A stretch of DNA of 64,000 nucleotides from the human T2T-CHM13v2.0 reference genome, Homo sapiens. The translations under genes were made by a program, and so were the position numbers. Shown one piece after another: positions 30,816 to 48,860 of the stretch; within the stretch, counting starts at the first letter, position 1, and the number at the start of each line of letters is the position of its first letter. Location of the stretch: NCBI RefSeq assembly GCF_009914755.1, contig NC_060936.1, one strand, 5' to 3'. The notes beneath the pieces were generated by a model. It made no database searches, was not told where the DNA came from, and worked only from the letters and a program-made list of their open reading frames with translations.

Positions 30816-32149
30816 AGTTTGTTATGCCACAAAATAAGAAACCTTCAGCAGGAGGAGGACAGAGGCAAAATTATGAAGGAGATCTTATATGGTTATATAA
30901 ATGATTTGAATTTATCCAAAATTCATGTGGGAGACATTTTGGGATTTTAAGCAGAGGAATGACTTAATCACATATGAATTTTATAGATATCACTGTGACA
31001 GCAGCATGGAAGGGAAGGTAGGAAATGAGAATGGCTACAAGTGCTCACTAGAAATAAGAGATGGATTTGAGCTACTTAACGGATTGACTGTAGCGAGGCA
31101 TAGGGGAAAATAGCAATCAGGAGTGACTTCTAGATTTCTGACTTAGGCAGTTTAGTGGGGGATGGTAGTATCATTAACTAAATAGGGAAAAGACAAGGAA
31201 GAGCAAATTTGGAGGGGACATATGGACTTGTTTAACTTTTGGGGTAGGAGATTGCAGTGGAGAGATTAAGCAGACAGACATTGGATAGATTTTTCTGTAA
31301 TTCTGCAGTATCACACTTTTGTTTTGATGACTAGTTCGGAAGTTGTAGACGACCAAGATGCTTGAGAATATTATGGAAAGTTAATTTTTCTTAAATATTT
31401 ATAGTAATAAAATTCTTTACTACAAAATATTGAGATGCTTAAATTGAAGAATCAGCTTAGATCAAGCTTAAGTGTCTTCTCCCAACCTATAATGTGGTGT
31501 ACTAAATAGGGCATTGTAGTAAGGGTATAATGAATTAATGGGTGTAAAACAGTTAGAAAGTATGTGACATACTAAGCACTCAGAGTATTAGCAATTATAC
31601 TTATCATTTTCATTACTATTTTTTACCACCAGGATTTTTCTCCAAAACTAAATACTTCTTATTATCTTTATTTGAAATTCAAAATTTACTCTTTTCTCAC
31701 TGACTGGATGTGGGTTTTTATATTTCTTTGGAGATTTAAATAAGATACAGTACGGATATAAAAGAATGAGGAGCTCTTTTTCAGTAAATTGTGTGTATTT
31801 ACATGTACTGGACACTGTACTAGATATCAGGGATACAGTGAGGAGAAAAATAACTGTAGCAAACTTGCCATTCTCATTTATTGTCTAAGTTTTCTTTGGT
31901 TAGTTGGTATGAAATACAAATAGAAGTAATATGATGTTAATACTTTATTTTTAAATTTGTTTTTATTTCTTATTGCCTGTAAGCTTCTTTCTTTGTTTTT
32001 GTTAATTTGTTTAAGTAAGCATGTCTTTTTTACATTTATGTAAATGTTAAAATACTTTATGATCAATATTAGGAGTTTCTTGTTTAAATTCTGAAATAAA
32101 ATTTTACTTCAAATTATTGTAAGATATGTATTTTTACACATTTCTTTTA

Positions 32150-32460
<311 letters not shown>

Positions 32461-32492
32461 AGTGCATCTGTATACATTTCTTTTGTTTTCAG

Positions 32493-32655
32493 AGAATCCT
32501 TGATACGAACTGCATTCCAGTGTCTTCAGTTGGTTGTGACAGATTTTCTACCAACAATGCCTTGTACTTGCCTGCAAATAGTTGTAGATGTTGCAGGTAG
32601 CTTTGGCCTCCATAACCAAGAACTCAATATTAGTTTAACTTCAATAGGTTTATTG
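32493..32655 (+). CDS. MON2: MON2 coding exon (ESLIRTAFQ...SIGLL), 163 nt
   Basis: gttttcag acceptor, TTG|gtaagt donor; ORF 32500..32682. Confidence 0.95.
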
Positions 32656-32929
32656 GTAAGTATCATTGTCCTTAGAATATAATATAATTTAGAAATCATT
32701 GTTATTCAGTTGGGAGTGAATGCTAAGCAAATATACTTTTAGCTCTTTGCAAATTGTTTATATGGCTTTTAAATTTCAAACTTACGTCTGGGTGAAGGAT
32801 TAAATAACATCACTTAAATATTAATAACAAAATGTTTGAAATAATTTTCATACATTGAGCTGAAGTTTGGGTTTTACAGGGTTTGTCATGAAAGGGTTTA
32901 GTAAACAATAGTATATACAAGGGAAATCT

Positions 32930-34546
<1,617 letters not shown>

Positions 34547-34739
34547 TAATGAAATCTTAGAGAATTGTTAACATTACATGAAATAAACATGCACAGAATT
34601 GTTTTCAACATATATTTTAAGGCAATTATTTAGAATCTTTTAAATGTATATTAAAACTCAGAAGTTTTATAAATTTGAACTTTAAATTTTCCTCACAAGC
34701 TAGATAAGTTACTACATTCATCTCTTCCTACGTTCAGCT

Positions 34740-35065
34740 CTTAATATTTGTGGCTTCTGCATCTGTAGATTCAACCAACTATAAATAGAAAATTTTTTTT
34801 TAAAACAAGATAGTTGTATCTGTACTGAACATGTACAGGCTTTCTTGTCAATATTACCTAAATACAGTATAACTAGTTACATAGCATTTACCTTATGTTA
34901 GGTATTAAAAGTTACCTAGTATTATTCAAAGTATACAGGAGGATGTGTGTAGATTATATTCAAATACTACACCATTTTATATAACAGACTTGAGGATTTG
35001 TGGATTTGGGTATGCGGTGGGAGGTCCTGAAACCAATCCCCCACGGATACCGAGGGACAACTGTA
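34740..35065 (-). mobile_element. MER2-like (Tigger family) fossil
   Basis: terminus ccaatcccccacggataccgagggacaactgta. Confidence 0.8.
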
Positions 35066-35705
35066 TTTTACTATTACTATTATTTTTCCCATTTTTACAT
35101 GGGAAAAAATGTAAGCATGTTGCATATATGATTGCAAGTGGGTGGCTAGTGCAACATTGCTTAAATTACTGCTGGATAGCACCTCCTTTATTTTACATTT
35201 ATGTTCACAGTACTGGATTCTCTACATTTTAACCATTGGCATAATTATCATTAATATAAGATATGTTTGGAAACAGTAATTGCTCGTGTATGAAATTACA
35301 AACTTATTAAACAATATTAAGGAATTGTTAACATTGTTAGGGTGATAATGATATTATAGTTTTTTTTTATAGTTAACAGTTGTTATATTTAGGTGGTAGA
35401 TACATCAATATGTTCAAGTTCCTTATACTATTCTTGGTTTTTTGTATGTTCTTGACATTTTTTATAATAAAAAAGTAAAAAAAAAAAAGTTGGCTCAAGA
35501 TTGTTTCCCCACTTTCTCCTGAAATAATGTAGAGACACTGACAGAAGAAGAGATGTTTTCATTGAATCTATTCTACTAGGAAAGAGATTTTTGAAGTAAT
35601 GTTTTTAAAGTTTTACTCTGAAAGGTAAAACAGCCACATGTTGCATATTTATGTGTTTAAAACAAAACCTTGGATGAACTAATATTTTTCTACTTTGCTT
35701 TTTAG

Positions 35706-35999
35706 TGGAATATTTCAGATTATTTTTTCCAAAGAGGGGAAACTATTGAAAAAGAACTAAATAAGGAAGAGGCAGCACAGCAAAAGCAGGCAGAAGAGAA
35801 AGGAGTTGTTTTAAATCGGCCATTCCACCCTGCACCGCCATTTGATTGCTTGTGGTTATGTCTTTATGCAAAATTGGGTGAACTATGTGTGGATCCCCGT
35901 CCTGCTGTCAGGAAGAGTGCAGGGCAAACTCTGTTTTCTACAATTGGTGCGCATGGAACTTTATTACAGCATTCAACCTGGCACACTGTTATCTGGAAG
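35706..35999 (+). CDS. MON2: MON2 coding exon (WNISDYFFQ...HTVIWK), 294 nt
   Basis: tttttag acceptor, AAG|gtattg donor; open frame. Confidence 0.95.
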
Positions 36000-36726
36000 G
36001 TATTGTAAAATAGATTGGACTATCAGCTTTTAATGAGTCATGCTTATATATTAATACTTTTTCAGTTAAACTTATTTCTTTTAATTTTTAAAGAATTTCC
36101 ATGCATTTGTGTATTTGACAAAACAGGAAATAACTGTGTCATATTGTAAATTGTACCTCATAAAGAGCAAATTAAATATTAACAGCCTTATCTCTGTTTC
36201 TGTCTTCATCTCTTATTATTATATCTCTCGTGATTTCTGCCTTTGCCTTTCTGTCTCCTTTTTTTCCCCCAGTTTTCCCAAATGGTAAAAACCAGGAGTT
36301 ACTAAACAACAAAGGGTAATCAATCCCTTACCATAGAGTAGAAAGCTTTTGGGGTTTTTGTTTGTTTTACTTTTGAGGTCTACTTATAGATATGTAATTT
36401 AAATATAATCAAAAGAGAATTTTATTAACAGATGAATATCAATAGCAATGAAGTTTATTTGTAGACTCACCAAACAAAAGTAACCTCCAAATGGTATATT
36501 GTACATGTAATGTTTATTCATTAAATTACAATTTCATTTTTTTCTTCTTTTGAAACTTTCTAATAAAATCAGCAGTTTATTAGTGATCATTCCCTCTTTG
36601 CTAAAAGTCTCATCTTTTTTGTTCCATCTGTTCCATTATAATAAAATTCTGTTTATAATCCTTTCACTTGCTTTTGTGAGTTTTTCAAATTAATAGACCC
36701 CAAAATGTCTTCTTAAAAAATTAATG

Positions 36727-38660
<1,934 letters not shown>

Positions 38661-38817
38661 TTACTCTATTGGTCAGTTTCCTCCAATATATAGGGATTGA
38701 TAAGACTGTCAAGTATATTTTTTGTAACAATTTGTAGATTCTTATGCTGTTGCTCCTATGCTATTACTTAAGCTATATTATCAATGCATTTTAAATGACA
38801 TTTTAATAAATATTTAG

Positions 38818-39016
38818 GTACTCTTTCATCTACTGGACAGAGTTCGAGAGTCCTCTACCACTGCAGACAAAGAAAAGATTGAGTCTGGAGGTGGCAATAT
38901 TCTCATTCATCATTCAAGGGACACCGCCGAGAAGCAATGGGCTGAGACGTGGGTATTAACATTGGCTGGAGTAGCAAGGATCTTCAACACTAGAAGATAT
39001 TTGCTGCAGCCTTTAG
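38818..39016 (+). CDS. MON2: MON2 coding exon (VLFHLLDRV...LLQPL), 199 nt
   Basis: tatttag acceptor (weak, A-rich tract), TAG|gtatac donor; includes [12 protein letters not shown] motif. Confidence 0.95.
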
Positions 39017-39616
39017 GTATACGTACATTTTTTTCTGATTATACAAGTAATTAATGTTAAAAGAAATTTGGAAAATACAGACGATTCTTTTAGAGTCTAT
39101 CTTAACTTAGTCTTTATGTGTGGTGTGTGTGTAAGCATCTGTGTTTTCATTCGTTTGTACCTACTGTGGGCTAGCCTCTAGAGGATACAATGAAAGGCAA
39201 AATACACGTCATTCTTGCTATCATGGGCATGAGGAAGTACCCATAATTACATAAATAAAGGCGAAATTTCTACAATGATGTGTTACAAGGAGTGGTACTT
39301 TGTGAGCTTCGGTAAGTATTTGACCTGGCCAGTGAATTCCAGATGGACTTTCCTGAGAAAGCAATAGTTTTCCTGAGATCTGTAGGGTAAGTAGGAGTTC
39401 ATCAGGCAAGAGTAAGACGAAGTGTGGAGAGCCTTATAGTCAATGAGAGAATGTAAAAGAGACAGGAGAAGATTGAGGAAAAGAGATGGTGGATGCTAGC
39501 ATGTTTAAAGGTCTAGAATGAGGAGAATAAGAAAGAGTTTGATTATCAAAGAGATTGAGAGGTAGTGAAAGGCCAGATCATCCAGATCATGTAGAATGTG
39601 TTAGGAGAAAGTTAGG

Positions 39617-39925
39617 AGGCTGGGCATGGTGGCTCATGCCTATAATCTCAACACTTCGGAAGGCTGAGGCAACAGGATAGCTTGAGCCCAGGAGTTTGAA
39701 ACCAGCCTGAGAAATATAATGAGATCTCATCTCTACAAAAATTTTTTTAAAATAAAAAATCATCCAAATGTGGTGGTGCACACCTGCAATCCCAGCTACT
39801 TGGGAGGCTGAGTTGCAAGGCTTGCTTGAGCCTGGGATGTGGAGGTTGCTGCAGTTAGCCAAGATCGTGCCACTGCACTCAAGTCTGCGTGACAGAGTGA
39901 GACCCTGTCTCGAAAAAAAAAAAAG
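39617..39925 (+). mobile_element. AluJ-like within L2-like purine-rich sequence
   Basis: diverged dimer. Confidence 0.85.
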
Positions 39926-40109
39926 GATTTCATCCTAAGAGCAATGAAAAAAACTACTGATAGATTTTAATTCATGATTTGACATGATCAAATATGCACT
40001 TCAAAAAGATCACAAAGTGCATGTCTTAGTGTATATGTAGAATGGAATGGCAACAAGGAAGGATGACAGGATGTTGTTGGACTGGTTAGGAAGCTGTTGG
40101 TTGTGTATA

Positions 40110-40325
40110 TCAGTGGTTCTCAAACAGGGCCTATTATACTCCCATAAGACATTTGGCAATTTTGGAGACATTTTTAGTTGTCATAACTGGGGAAGGTTGA
40201 GCATTACTGCTATCTGGGGAGGGTAGAGGCAAGGGTTGATGCTACACATCTTACAATGCAGCCTCCTATAACAAAGAATTATACAACCAGAAATGTCAAT
40301 GGACTAAGACTGAGAAACCTGGTTG
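40110..40325. mobile_element. MER20-like hAT fossil
   Basis: cagtggttctcaa...aaagaattat...tgagaaacctg. Confidence 0.75.
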
Positions 40326-40739
40326 CCGATTATACTACTTTCAATTCTGGTGGTAATGCTGGTGGTGGTAGAAAAAGGTGAACAGAGATACTTTTGTACA
40401 TAGTTATGAGCATGTTGTACATATTATCTATTTTATTATTTCGTGTTTGGCATTTTTTAAACTAATTTATGTTAAAGCACAAGCATATTTACTCATTCCA
40501 TAAGCATTTTTGTATATTGTTCTTTATGTGCACTTTTTTCTCCTTTTTTCCAAAAACTATTTATGGTGTCTGATCCATTTAGCATGTTAGGGCTTGGTAT
40601 ATGTATTTTTAAATATTGGGATTTTTTCATATAAAATTTACGTACAGTGAAATGCACAAATTTTCACTGTACATTTGCTAAGTTTTGACAAAATGAGCAT
40701 CATTTTTAGTACCTTCATGATATTTCTCTTAAAAGCTGA

Positions 40740-41106
<367 letters not shown>

Positions 41107-41518
41107 TAGATTTAGATTTTTTTTAAATGAAGACATAAGACAGTTAATGTCTTTGATAATTTTTTATAACTTTAAGAAATGATATTTGTTATTTTAGAAT
41201 AAGTTTTATATTTTTAACATAACCACGTGCAATATATAATTATATCTACTCTTTTAAAGGGACCCCTTCTCTGACATAAAATATGTTAATAGAGAAATTG
41301 CAGGAGTTTTTCTCCCTAAATGGCACGGGATATTCTAAATCTGATATTAGGTCACCATTCTGATTGGCAAATATAGTGATTCATGAGACTTTTAAACTTT
41401 GATGGCAACAGGTAGAAGTGTTTTAATTGTTTGACATTTTAAAATGTAATTTGTCAAAACTCTTTTAAACAGTTTACTTAAAATTCTGTGTTTTTATTGT
41501 ATGTAAATTATACCTCAA

Positions 41519-41826
41519 TTTTTTTTTTTTTTTTTGAGATGGAGTTTTGGAGTTTCACTCTTGTTGCCCAGGCTGGAGTGCAGTGGTGTGATCTCGGCTC
41601 ACTGAAACCTCTGCCTCCTAGGTTCAAGCGATTCTCTTGCCTCGGCCTCTGAGTAGCTGGGATTACAGGTGCCCACCACCATGCCCAGCTAATTTTTTGT
41701 ATTTTTAGTCGAGACAGGGTTTCATCATGTTGGCCAGGCTGGTCCCGAACTCCTGACCTCTGGTGATCCACCCGCCTTGGCCTTCCAAAGTGCAGGGATT
41801 ACAGATGTGAGGCACTGGGCCCAGCC
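41519..41826 (-). mobile_element. AluS
   Basis: TSD cctcaattttt. Confidence 0.9.
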
Positions 41827-42202
41827 CTCAATTTTTAATAAAAAGAATATGGAGGGGAAAGATGCATATAACTAGGCAGGTGTTACAGTTTGTCCAGAGT
41901 AGGCAGATAGTACCTATTGTTTTATACCAGACCTACTTCAAGCTTTTCTATTAACCGACTGCTTTCCCAGGAATTTGGGGTTTATCCCTTTTTTAAAAAA
42001 ATCTGGTCATTTATCAGCTTTCCAAAATGAAAGTCCTTAAACCTTGATTATTTATTTTACATGTTTCATAGCCTACTTATGTTGTACTGCTTTGGAAAAT
42101 ATCAACTTTCCTAATTTTTTACATCATTTTAATGTAGGTATGTGGATAATAATCCATGTTATTAACAAAGCCAGTAGGCTTGTTTGCTGTAGGGAAAAGA
42201 TC

Positions 42203-42622
42203 TGGCTGGACATGGTGGCTCATGGCTGTAATCCCAGCCCTTTGGAAGACTGAGGCAGGAGGATTGCTTGAGCCCAGCATGGGCAACATGGTGAAACCCT
42301 ATCTCTACAAAAAATACAAAAATTAGCCAAGTGTGGTGGTGTGCATCTGTAGTCCCAGCTACTCAGGAAGCTGAGGTAGGAGGATCGCTTGAGCCCAGGA
42401 GTTCAAGACCAGACTGGACAACATAGCAAGATCCCATCACTACAAAAAATAATTTAAAAATAAATTAGCCAGGCATGGTGGCATGTGCCTGTGATCCCAG
42501 CCACACTTGGGAGGCTGAGGTGGGAGAATCACTTGAGCTCAGTGAGCCATGATCATACCACATGACACTCTAGCCTGGGTAACAGAGTGTGATACCATCT
42601 CTTAAAAAAAAAAAAAGAAAAA
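42203..42622 (+). mobile_element. Three-monomer AluJ-like composite
   Basis: two A-rich linkers (about 42305 and 42440) and one terminal tail. Confidence 0.8.
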
Positions 42623-42944
42623 AATTCTGCAGCTCTAAAATAATTTAAATATGAAAACTAAAGTATAAAGTTAAGATTTATGAATGTGACATAGTTTATC
42701 TTAAATATTTAGGCCAATAAAAAAACATGTATTATACTGTCCTAAGTTACGACTTTTCCAATGATTCTCTGGTTAAGAACGAGAACTTCTTACTTAATCA
42801 TTAATAAAGGTGGGTAGACTGAAGATGTTACTGAAATGCTTTTGTTTCAACCTCGTTGATTTAATTTTCTGTTATCCTTTGGCAGAAGTTCTGGGAAATG
42901 GTATAAATATGTATAAGTACATACATATTTTGGGGTTTTTAATT

Positions 42945-43045
42945 TTTTTTATTTCAGTAGCTTTTGGGGTACAAGTGGTTATTGGTTACATGGATGAATT
43001 GTATAGTGGTGAAGTCTGAGATTTTAGTGCACTCGTCACCTACCT
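42945..43045 (-). mobile_element. Short L1PB/L1MA-like 3' end
   Basis: ttttggggtacaagtggtt...ggatgaattgtatagtggtgaagtctgagatttt. Confidence 0.7.
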
Positions 43046-43319
43046 GAGTTTTGTTTTTAAGATTGAAACATTATTTGATATATCCATCATCCTCCTCTTG
43101 GTGCCCTTTGTTCCTATATCTGAAAAATTTTTTTACTGAATTTCTAGGTTGTGATAATTTTAATTCCCATTGTTAGTACCTTAGTACCTAGTCATATATT
43201 TTCCAGTTCTGTAGGATTTTAAGCAGAAAAATTAAGCAAATATGCTTTCAAGTGTCTAATATGAAGAGAAAATTTGATCGCTTTTATGATAATAGTTTTT
43301 TTTTCTCTTCCTAATATAG

Positions 43320-43942
43320 GAGATTTTTCAAGAGCTTGGGATGTTCTTCTTGACCATATACAGTCAGCAGCACTCAGCAAAAACAATGAAGTATCTCTGG
43401 CTGCTCTGAAAAGCTTCCAGGAAATTTTACAGATTGTGTCCCCTGTCAGAGACTCAGATAAGCCTGAGACACCACCTGTAGTTAATGTACCTGTGCCTGT
43501 TCTTATAGGGCCCATATCAGGCATGAGCAGGCCATTTGTAAGAACAGATTCCATTGGAGAAAAACTAGGAAGATATAGTAGCTCTGAGCCACCCATTGTT
43601 ACTGATGAGCTTGAAGATTTGAATCTATGGTGGGCTGCGTGGAATACCTGGTATAGAATTGGATCTGAAAGTACTAAGCCTCCTATTACTTTTGATAAAC
43701 TAACTTTTATTCCTAGCCAGCCTTTTCTTACAGCTTTAATTCAGATATTTCCAGCTCTCTACCAACACATAAAAACTGGTTTCAATATGGATGACTTGCA
43801 AAAGTTGGGAGTCATATTGCACAGTGCTATTTCAGTCCCAATAAGTTCAGATGCATCCCCTTTTATTCTTCCATCTTATACCGAAGCAGTTTTGACAAGT
43901 TTACAGGAAGCTGTACTTACAGCTTTAGATGTTCTCCAAAAG
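43320..43942 (+). CDS. MON2: MON2 large coding exon (GDFSRAWD...DVLQK), 623 nt
   Basis: atatag acceptor, AAG|gtaata donor; ORF 43274..43951. Confidence 0.96.
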
Positions 43943-46900
43943 GTAATATAATTTTAGTGGCTAAGTAATACTGCATATAGTTCTCTGAAATTTTTTTTAT
44001 TTTGCTATATATTTGCGGGGATAAATTTTAGATCATCAAGATTGTTTTATATGTATACTTTGGGATAAACTGAGGATTGTCAAGATCTAGGTATTTTGAA
44101 AACTTGTGGATTTCTGTTGCATTTTGAAAGGTAATTCATGTATGTTTTGAATCTTAAAGAAGCTGCCTGCATCCTAATGTTTCACTTCACCAGGATTTTT
44201 GGTTTGTCCACGCAAGTCTTCACAAGAGGATATAATATTTGGAATAAAAGTTTTAGTAAAGTACTTTTATAATTAGAAAATTAATAAGCAGTGGGATTAT
44301 ATTTTTTTAATCTGTGCTTAAATTTAGTTCTGAAATTATTGAAAGCCTATATTAAAAAAAGAAATTTATAAAAAGTATTTTTCCTCATGGTTTTTAAAGA
44401 GATTTATTTTTACTGTGTGTATTTTGTTATTGCAAAAAAAATACTATTCAGATAAACAGATCTAAAATTATGGAGCAAATTCAGATTAGCAAGCAAGGCT
44501 AGATCAAATTCAAAGTGTTTTTTAGACTAGCAAGAAAAATTGATAGCACAATTCACAGTCATCAAAATGCTAAGCTTTAAAAAAATGCCAACTGAGTAGC
44601 CAGCCATTCCAACAAAGTAAAAACATTCTAATAAGATTGGAGTAGATCTAGATTCTGATCACACATGTTATCAGTAACCATTTGTGTAGTGTAAATTAGA
44701 TTTCTGATTAACTGCATCTTACCCAACTGGAATGATAAAAATTTTCACAGTAAGAATTTCTACTGTATGATGATACCTCTTAATTACCTCTGGAAGAAGT
44801 TTAGCTGAGCAGTAGTTCTTGAACTGTTGAACCCTAGTTGTGTTGTGCAGGAAAAAAGAATCTGGCATTTAAAAAAATTCAGTGTAGGGGTATTAGTTTT
44901 CTACAATTGAACTCAAAATACCCATCTTTATTTTCAATGGGGAAGAAAAGTAATTACCCACCCTGTCCATTGGACATGCAAATAAGTTGCTTATAGACTT
45001 CAGGGGATGGAAGAGTTATCCTATCAGAAAAGAAAATAAGACATAGGCCCTTTGAGATGCCCGTAATCTGGTACTCTGATTCAGATCTTTGATTCAGGTT
45101 TTTATATATGTGTACAGGATAAACAAGAAACTTTTTTTTTTTTTCAGAAAAAAATGTAAGTTTTATTTTTAAAAAACTCTGCTTTAGCAGTGAGAGGAAA
45201 AGTGGAATCATTTATCCCAACTACTAGTAATTTGTTCAGAGCTTTTAATAGCTTTGAAAACAGTCTGAAACTTTGGAAGGGTTATTGTTGTTAATTTATA
45301 TTATTTTAAAATTATTATTAATGTTCACACTAGCCATTGTTGTGTTGTATGATTACCTAAATGATGTTTCATAGACCTTGAATGTGAGATTTTTAATGGG
45401 TTTCTAGTATCTCCTAACAGAAAAATGTATATTTTATTATCAGAGTGTTTTTATATTTTTTTCCACAGATGTAAGAAAATTTTTGCACAAGCCAAATTTA
45501 CTTGCTTTTGGACTTTATCCTTAAACTAATAGTTATCGAGCAAAACACTTTATTGATAGAAAGCTATTTTCTTTCCTAAGAGATAAACTGATTTCTGATA
45601 TCATGTTTTCTTTCTAAAGGGGAGCATTTATGTTGTTCTTCCTCAGTGCTTTTATATTGTTTAGGACTTCAAGTTCTCAGTCTTCTCTTTGTTCTCAAAC
45701 CACCAGTTCCCAGCCAAGTTGACTTAGTTATATGTGCTAATTTATTTATTTATGTATTGCCAAGTTATTTTAGCATACATAGAGGAACTGGGAATTTAAT
45801 TATCTGCTTTCTGTATGTGCTTTACTGTAAGTCCTGAAGTCAGGAAACTGCATCTGTCTTATTTTTTGCTAAACTTCTTAGTCAGATGGCTGGATACCAT
45901 ATCTGCATTAATCACCGGGGCTGCCGGAGTTGCACTCCAGGAGACAGCATCACATTGTATGTGAATGATGCCCTTGGAGTTGTGTAACAAAGCCCTGTCT
46001 TCTAAATAACATGGGCAAGTTTCTTAATCTTTCTATACTTCAGCCTCCTCATCTATAAAGTAAAAATAATAAGTCTACAACTTTTTGCTTGTTATGTGGG
46101 ATATTTGTAAGGCACTTAGTGCCTGGCATGAGTTAAACATCCAGTAAATGTTAGCTGTTGTTATTTTCATCATCAAGTTCTCTAGCAAAGACCTTAGTAC
46201 GTGCCAGGCACTGAAAAGATTATTATTAAATGAGTTAGTAAGTGAAACCTTAAACAATATAAGAAATCAGGTGTTCAATATTTTTTCTTGTCTTCAAATA
46301 GACAGCTTTCAAGGACTAATAGGAAATATTATCTAGATTGCTTATCAGTTCTTAGCTTTTGGACTAAAATTTGTTATCAGGTTTATTCTATAGATTTTTC
46401 TGATATTCAGACTTCAGAATACTGAAGAAAAGCCCATAAAAACTTTTTCTTAGATGGAGTTTGTTGTTAAAAAATTGTGGGTTCCAAATTATGCATTTTA
46501 AAGTCCCCAAATTGCTCTATATATCAACTATAACACTATTAGTATGTTTTCTTATCATAAAGGACCATTGAAAATCAAAATGCATAGTTAAGTCATTAAT
46601 TTGTGTTAAGATTCTTACAAAGAAATTATAATACTTAGTTTTCTCAGGTACCCACATAGGTTTTTTGTTGTTGTTAGACATTGAAAATAAAACAATTCAC
46701 TTAGAGTAATTCAGTCTCTTTTTCCACAGTAATTACTACTTGTTTACTTCTAAGAGTTAAGATCCAGCAAGAGGTTAATGAGGAAGAAAGTAGAACTATT
46801 ACAAGCAGTCAGTAAAGAGAATTTTTAGAGTGTATAAATTTTACTATTCAAATTCTTCATTATTTCTGAGAAAAAAATATTGAGACATGGTATTAGATGT

Positions 46901-48065
46901 CTTTTTACTACTTTCTTACATTATAATTATAGGACAATCACACTTGGGTATGGGGAGCACTTGCATATCTACTTTATATCTCAGTGCAGTTTTATCTAAA
47001 AGTTCCGTTATAGCTAAATGGCTACATCTCCTCTGAGGGAAAATAAAACTAATGTGTTATCTAATAAGCTAAAAGCCATGGAGTGCATAAAATAAATTTT
47101 GTACATACTGTTTTTAAAGAAACTTTTTAAAAAAGTTAAATGGTTTGAATTTTGGTTTAAGATTTTAAGAGTACCTACCCTCTCAGGCATAAAGTGATCA
47201 TCCTTTTTGTCTTATAAAGCACAAGTATATTTTAGACACTTCATAAATAATATCATTAAATGTTTTTCTCATGGAGAAAAATGAAGACTTAAACAAGAAA
47301 ATACGAAAAGAAAAATTTGTGGCTAGAAAAAAAAACCCAATTTAAGTATTTTCAACACATTTGAAATAATTAAAATCTGCAGTATCATGATATGCATTTT
47401 ATTCTTTCTTCCTATCAAATTATTTGAAGTAAGAAACCTAGAGAAACTAGTTACTATTTATTAAAATGTTTTCTTATATTAAAATATTTTATTTTAAATC
47501 AAATCGATATATTTAGATACATTTCACATTAAATATACACAGCCCTGTCAAAAATTAATCCATACATTTCTTTTAGAAACAAATTTTCGTAGATGACTTA
47601 TTTTCCCAACTGTAACACACATGATTATTTGTTTAAGTTGGTGGACCAGGCATGGTGCAGAAATCAGATGTCATTTCAATGAACTGATATCACAGAATTT
47701 GAAGTCAGTGTCATCGTGGTCAGTCACACATTCTTAATGGCCTAATGGCTGTATTACTGAACAAATGATCAGATTGTAGAACCTGAGGACTGCCTGGGAC
47801 TTCACTTTGTTGGCCCTTTTTCTATTCTTTTAAGAAATAAATCACACTGTAAAAAAGAACATTTTTTAGCTGATTAACAGTTTCAGCCTATACTTTATTC
47901 TATAACAGTTTAAAATAGTTTGTGTCCTTTAGGGCTCAGAAAAGATGGTATAATACATAAAATAAGACAGTTTTTAAGATTCTGTGGTTAAACAAATATA
48001 TACACAGTAAAGAACTTAATGGAGTTCAGATTATGCATTCTAATGTTCTTATTTTGCTTTTATAG

Positions 48066-48209
48066 GCCATTTGTGTAGGACCAGAAAACATGCAGATAAT
48101 GTATCCAGCTATATTTGACCAGTTGTTGGCATTTGTAGAATTTTCCTGTAAACCTCCACAGTATGGACAGCTGGAAACAAAGCACATTGCAAATGCAAAA
48201 TATAATCAG
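48066..48209 (+). CDS. MON2: MON2 coding exon (AICVGPENM...AKYNQ), 144 nt
   Basis: ttttatag acceptor, CAG|gtaatt donor; ORF 48090..48278. Confidence 0.95.
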
Positions 48210-48842
48210 GTAATTTACTGTAAATTTTATTTACTTTGTAAGATTTCATGGCTTATAAATACAGATAGTTCCACTTAAGATGGACTTTGATTATCTCGGA
48301 AAAGGATACTTTTCACTCACAAATATATTTATACATGTCTGTTAGCAGTTTAAGCTGAACAGAAATATTGTTTGGGAAACTAGTTCTGTGTTCTTTTTCT
48401 CCTCATTTATGACTTTCCTCTTCCAACTGATTCTTCAGAAAGTTTGGCCTTTCATATTACTCTCCAGTACATCTTTCTTGAAAAATATAAGTTCCTTTGT
48501 ACCTCTTTCTTGGTTGCCCCATCCCAATACAAAACAGCTTCTAAATCCCTAAGTCTAATCTTACTTAAAACAGATACCTGCCATGCAAGATGAAGAAACT
48601 GTTTGTACTAAATAAGAAGTTGTACACTACTGGTGTGAAGTTTAGTTGGATTTTATATAAAATATTTTTATAGCCATAGTTGGCAAATTTTAACTTTGTT
48701 TAAGTAAATTTCTGAATGCATGCCCATGCTGATTTTGTTCACTCAACATAAAAATTATAATTTTATATCGTCCGAAAGTAGTTTAAATATGTATTAACTT
48801 TTCTCATTCTATTTGTCTTGCAACACAATGGAATCACAATAG

Positions 48843-48860
48843 ATCCAACTATTTGCACCG
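48843..48860 (+). CDS. MON2: MON2 18-nt microexon (IQLFAP), probably alternative
   Basis: caatag|ATCCAACTATTTGCACCG|gtgagt; phase 0-0; peptide matches my recollection of the MON2 long form. Confidence 0.88.

Noticed and set aside
43219-43596. 125-aa antisense ORF
   Set aside because: A shadow of the MON2 exon on the opposite strand, with no independent signals.
45450-45480. ttttccacag|AT|gtaaga as a 2-nt exon or recursive splice site
   Set aside because: It would frameshift, it is not a true AG/GT juxtaposition, and the intron is only about 4 kb; likely chance.
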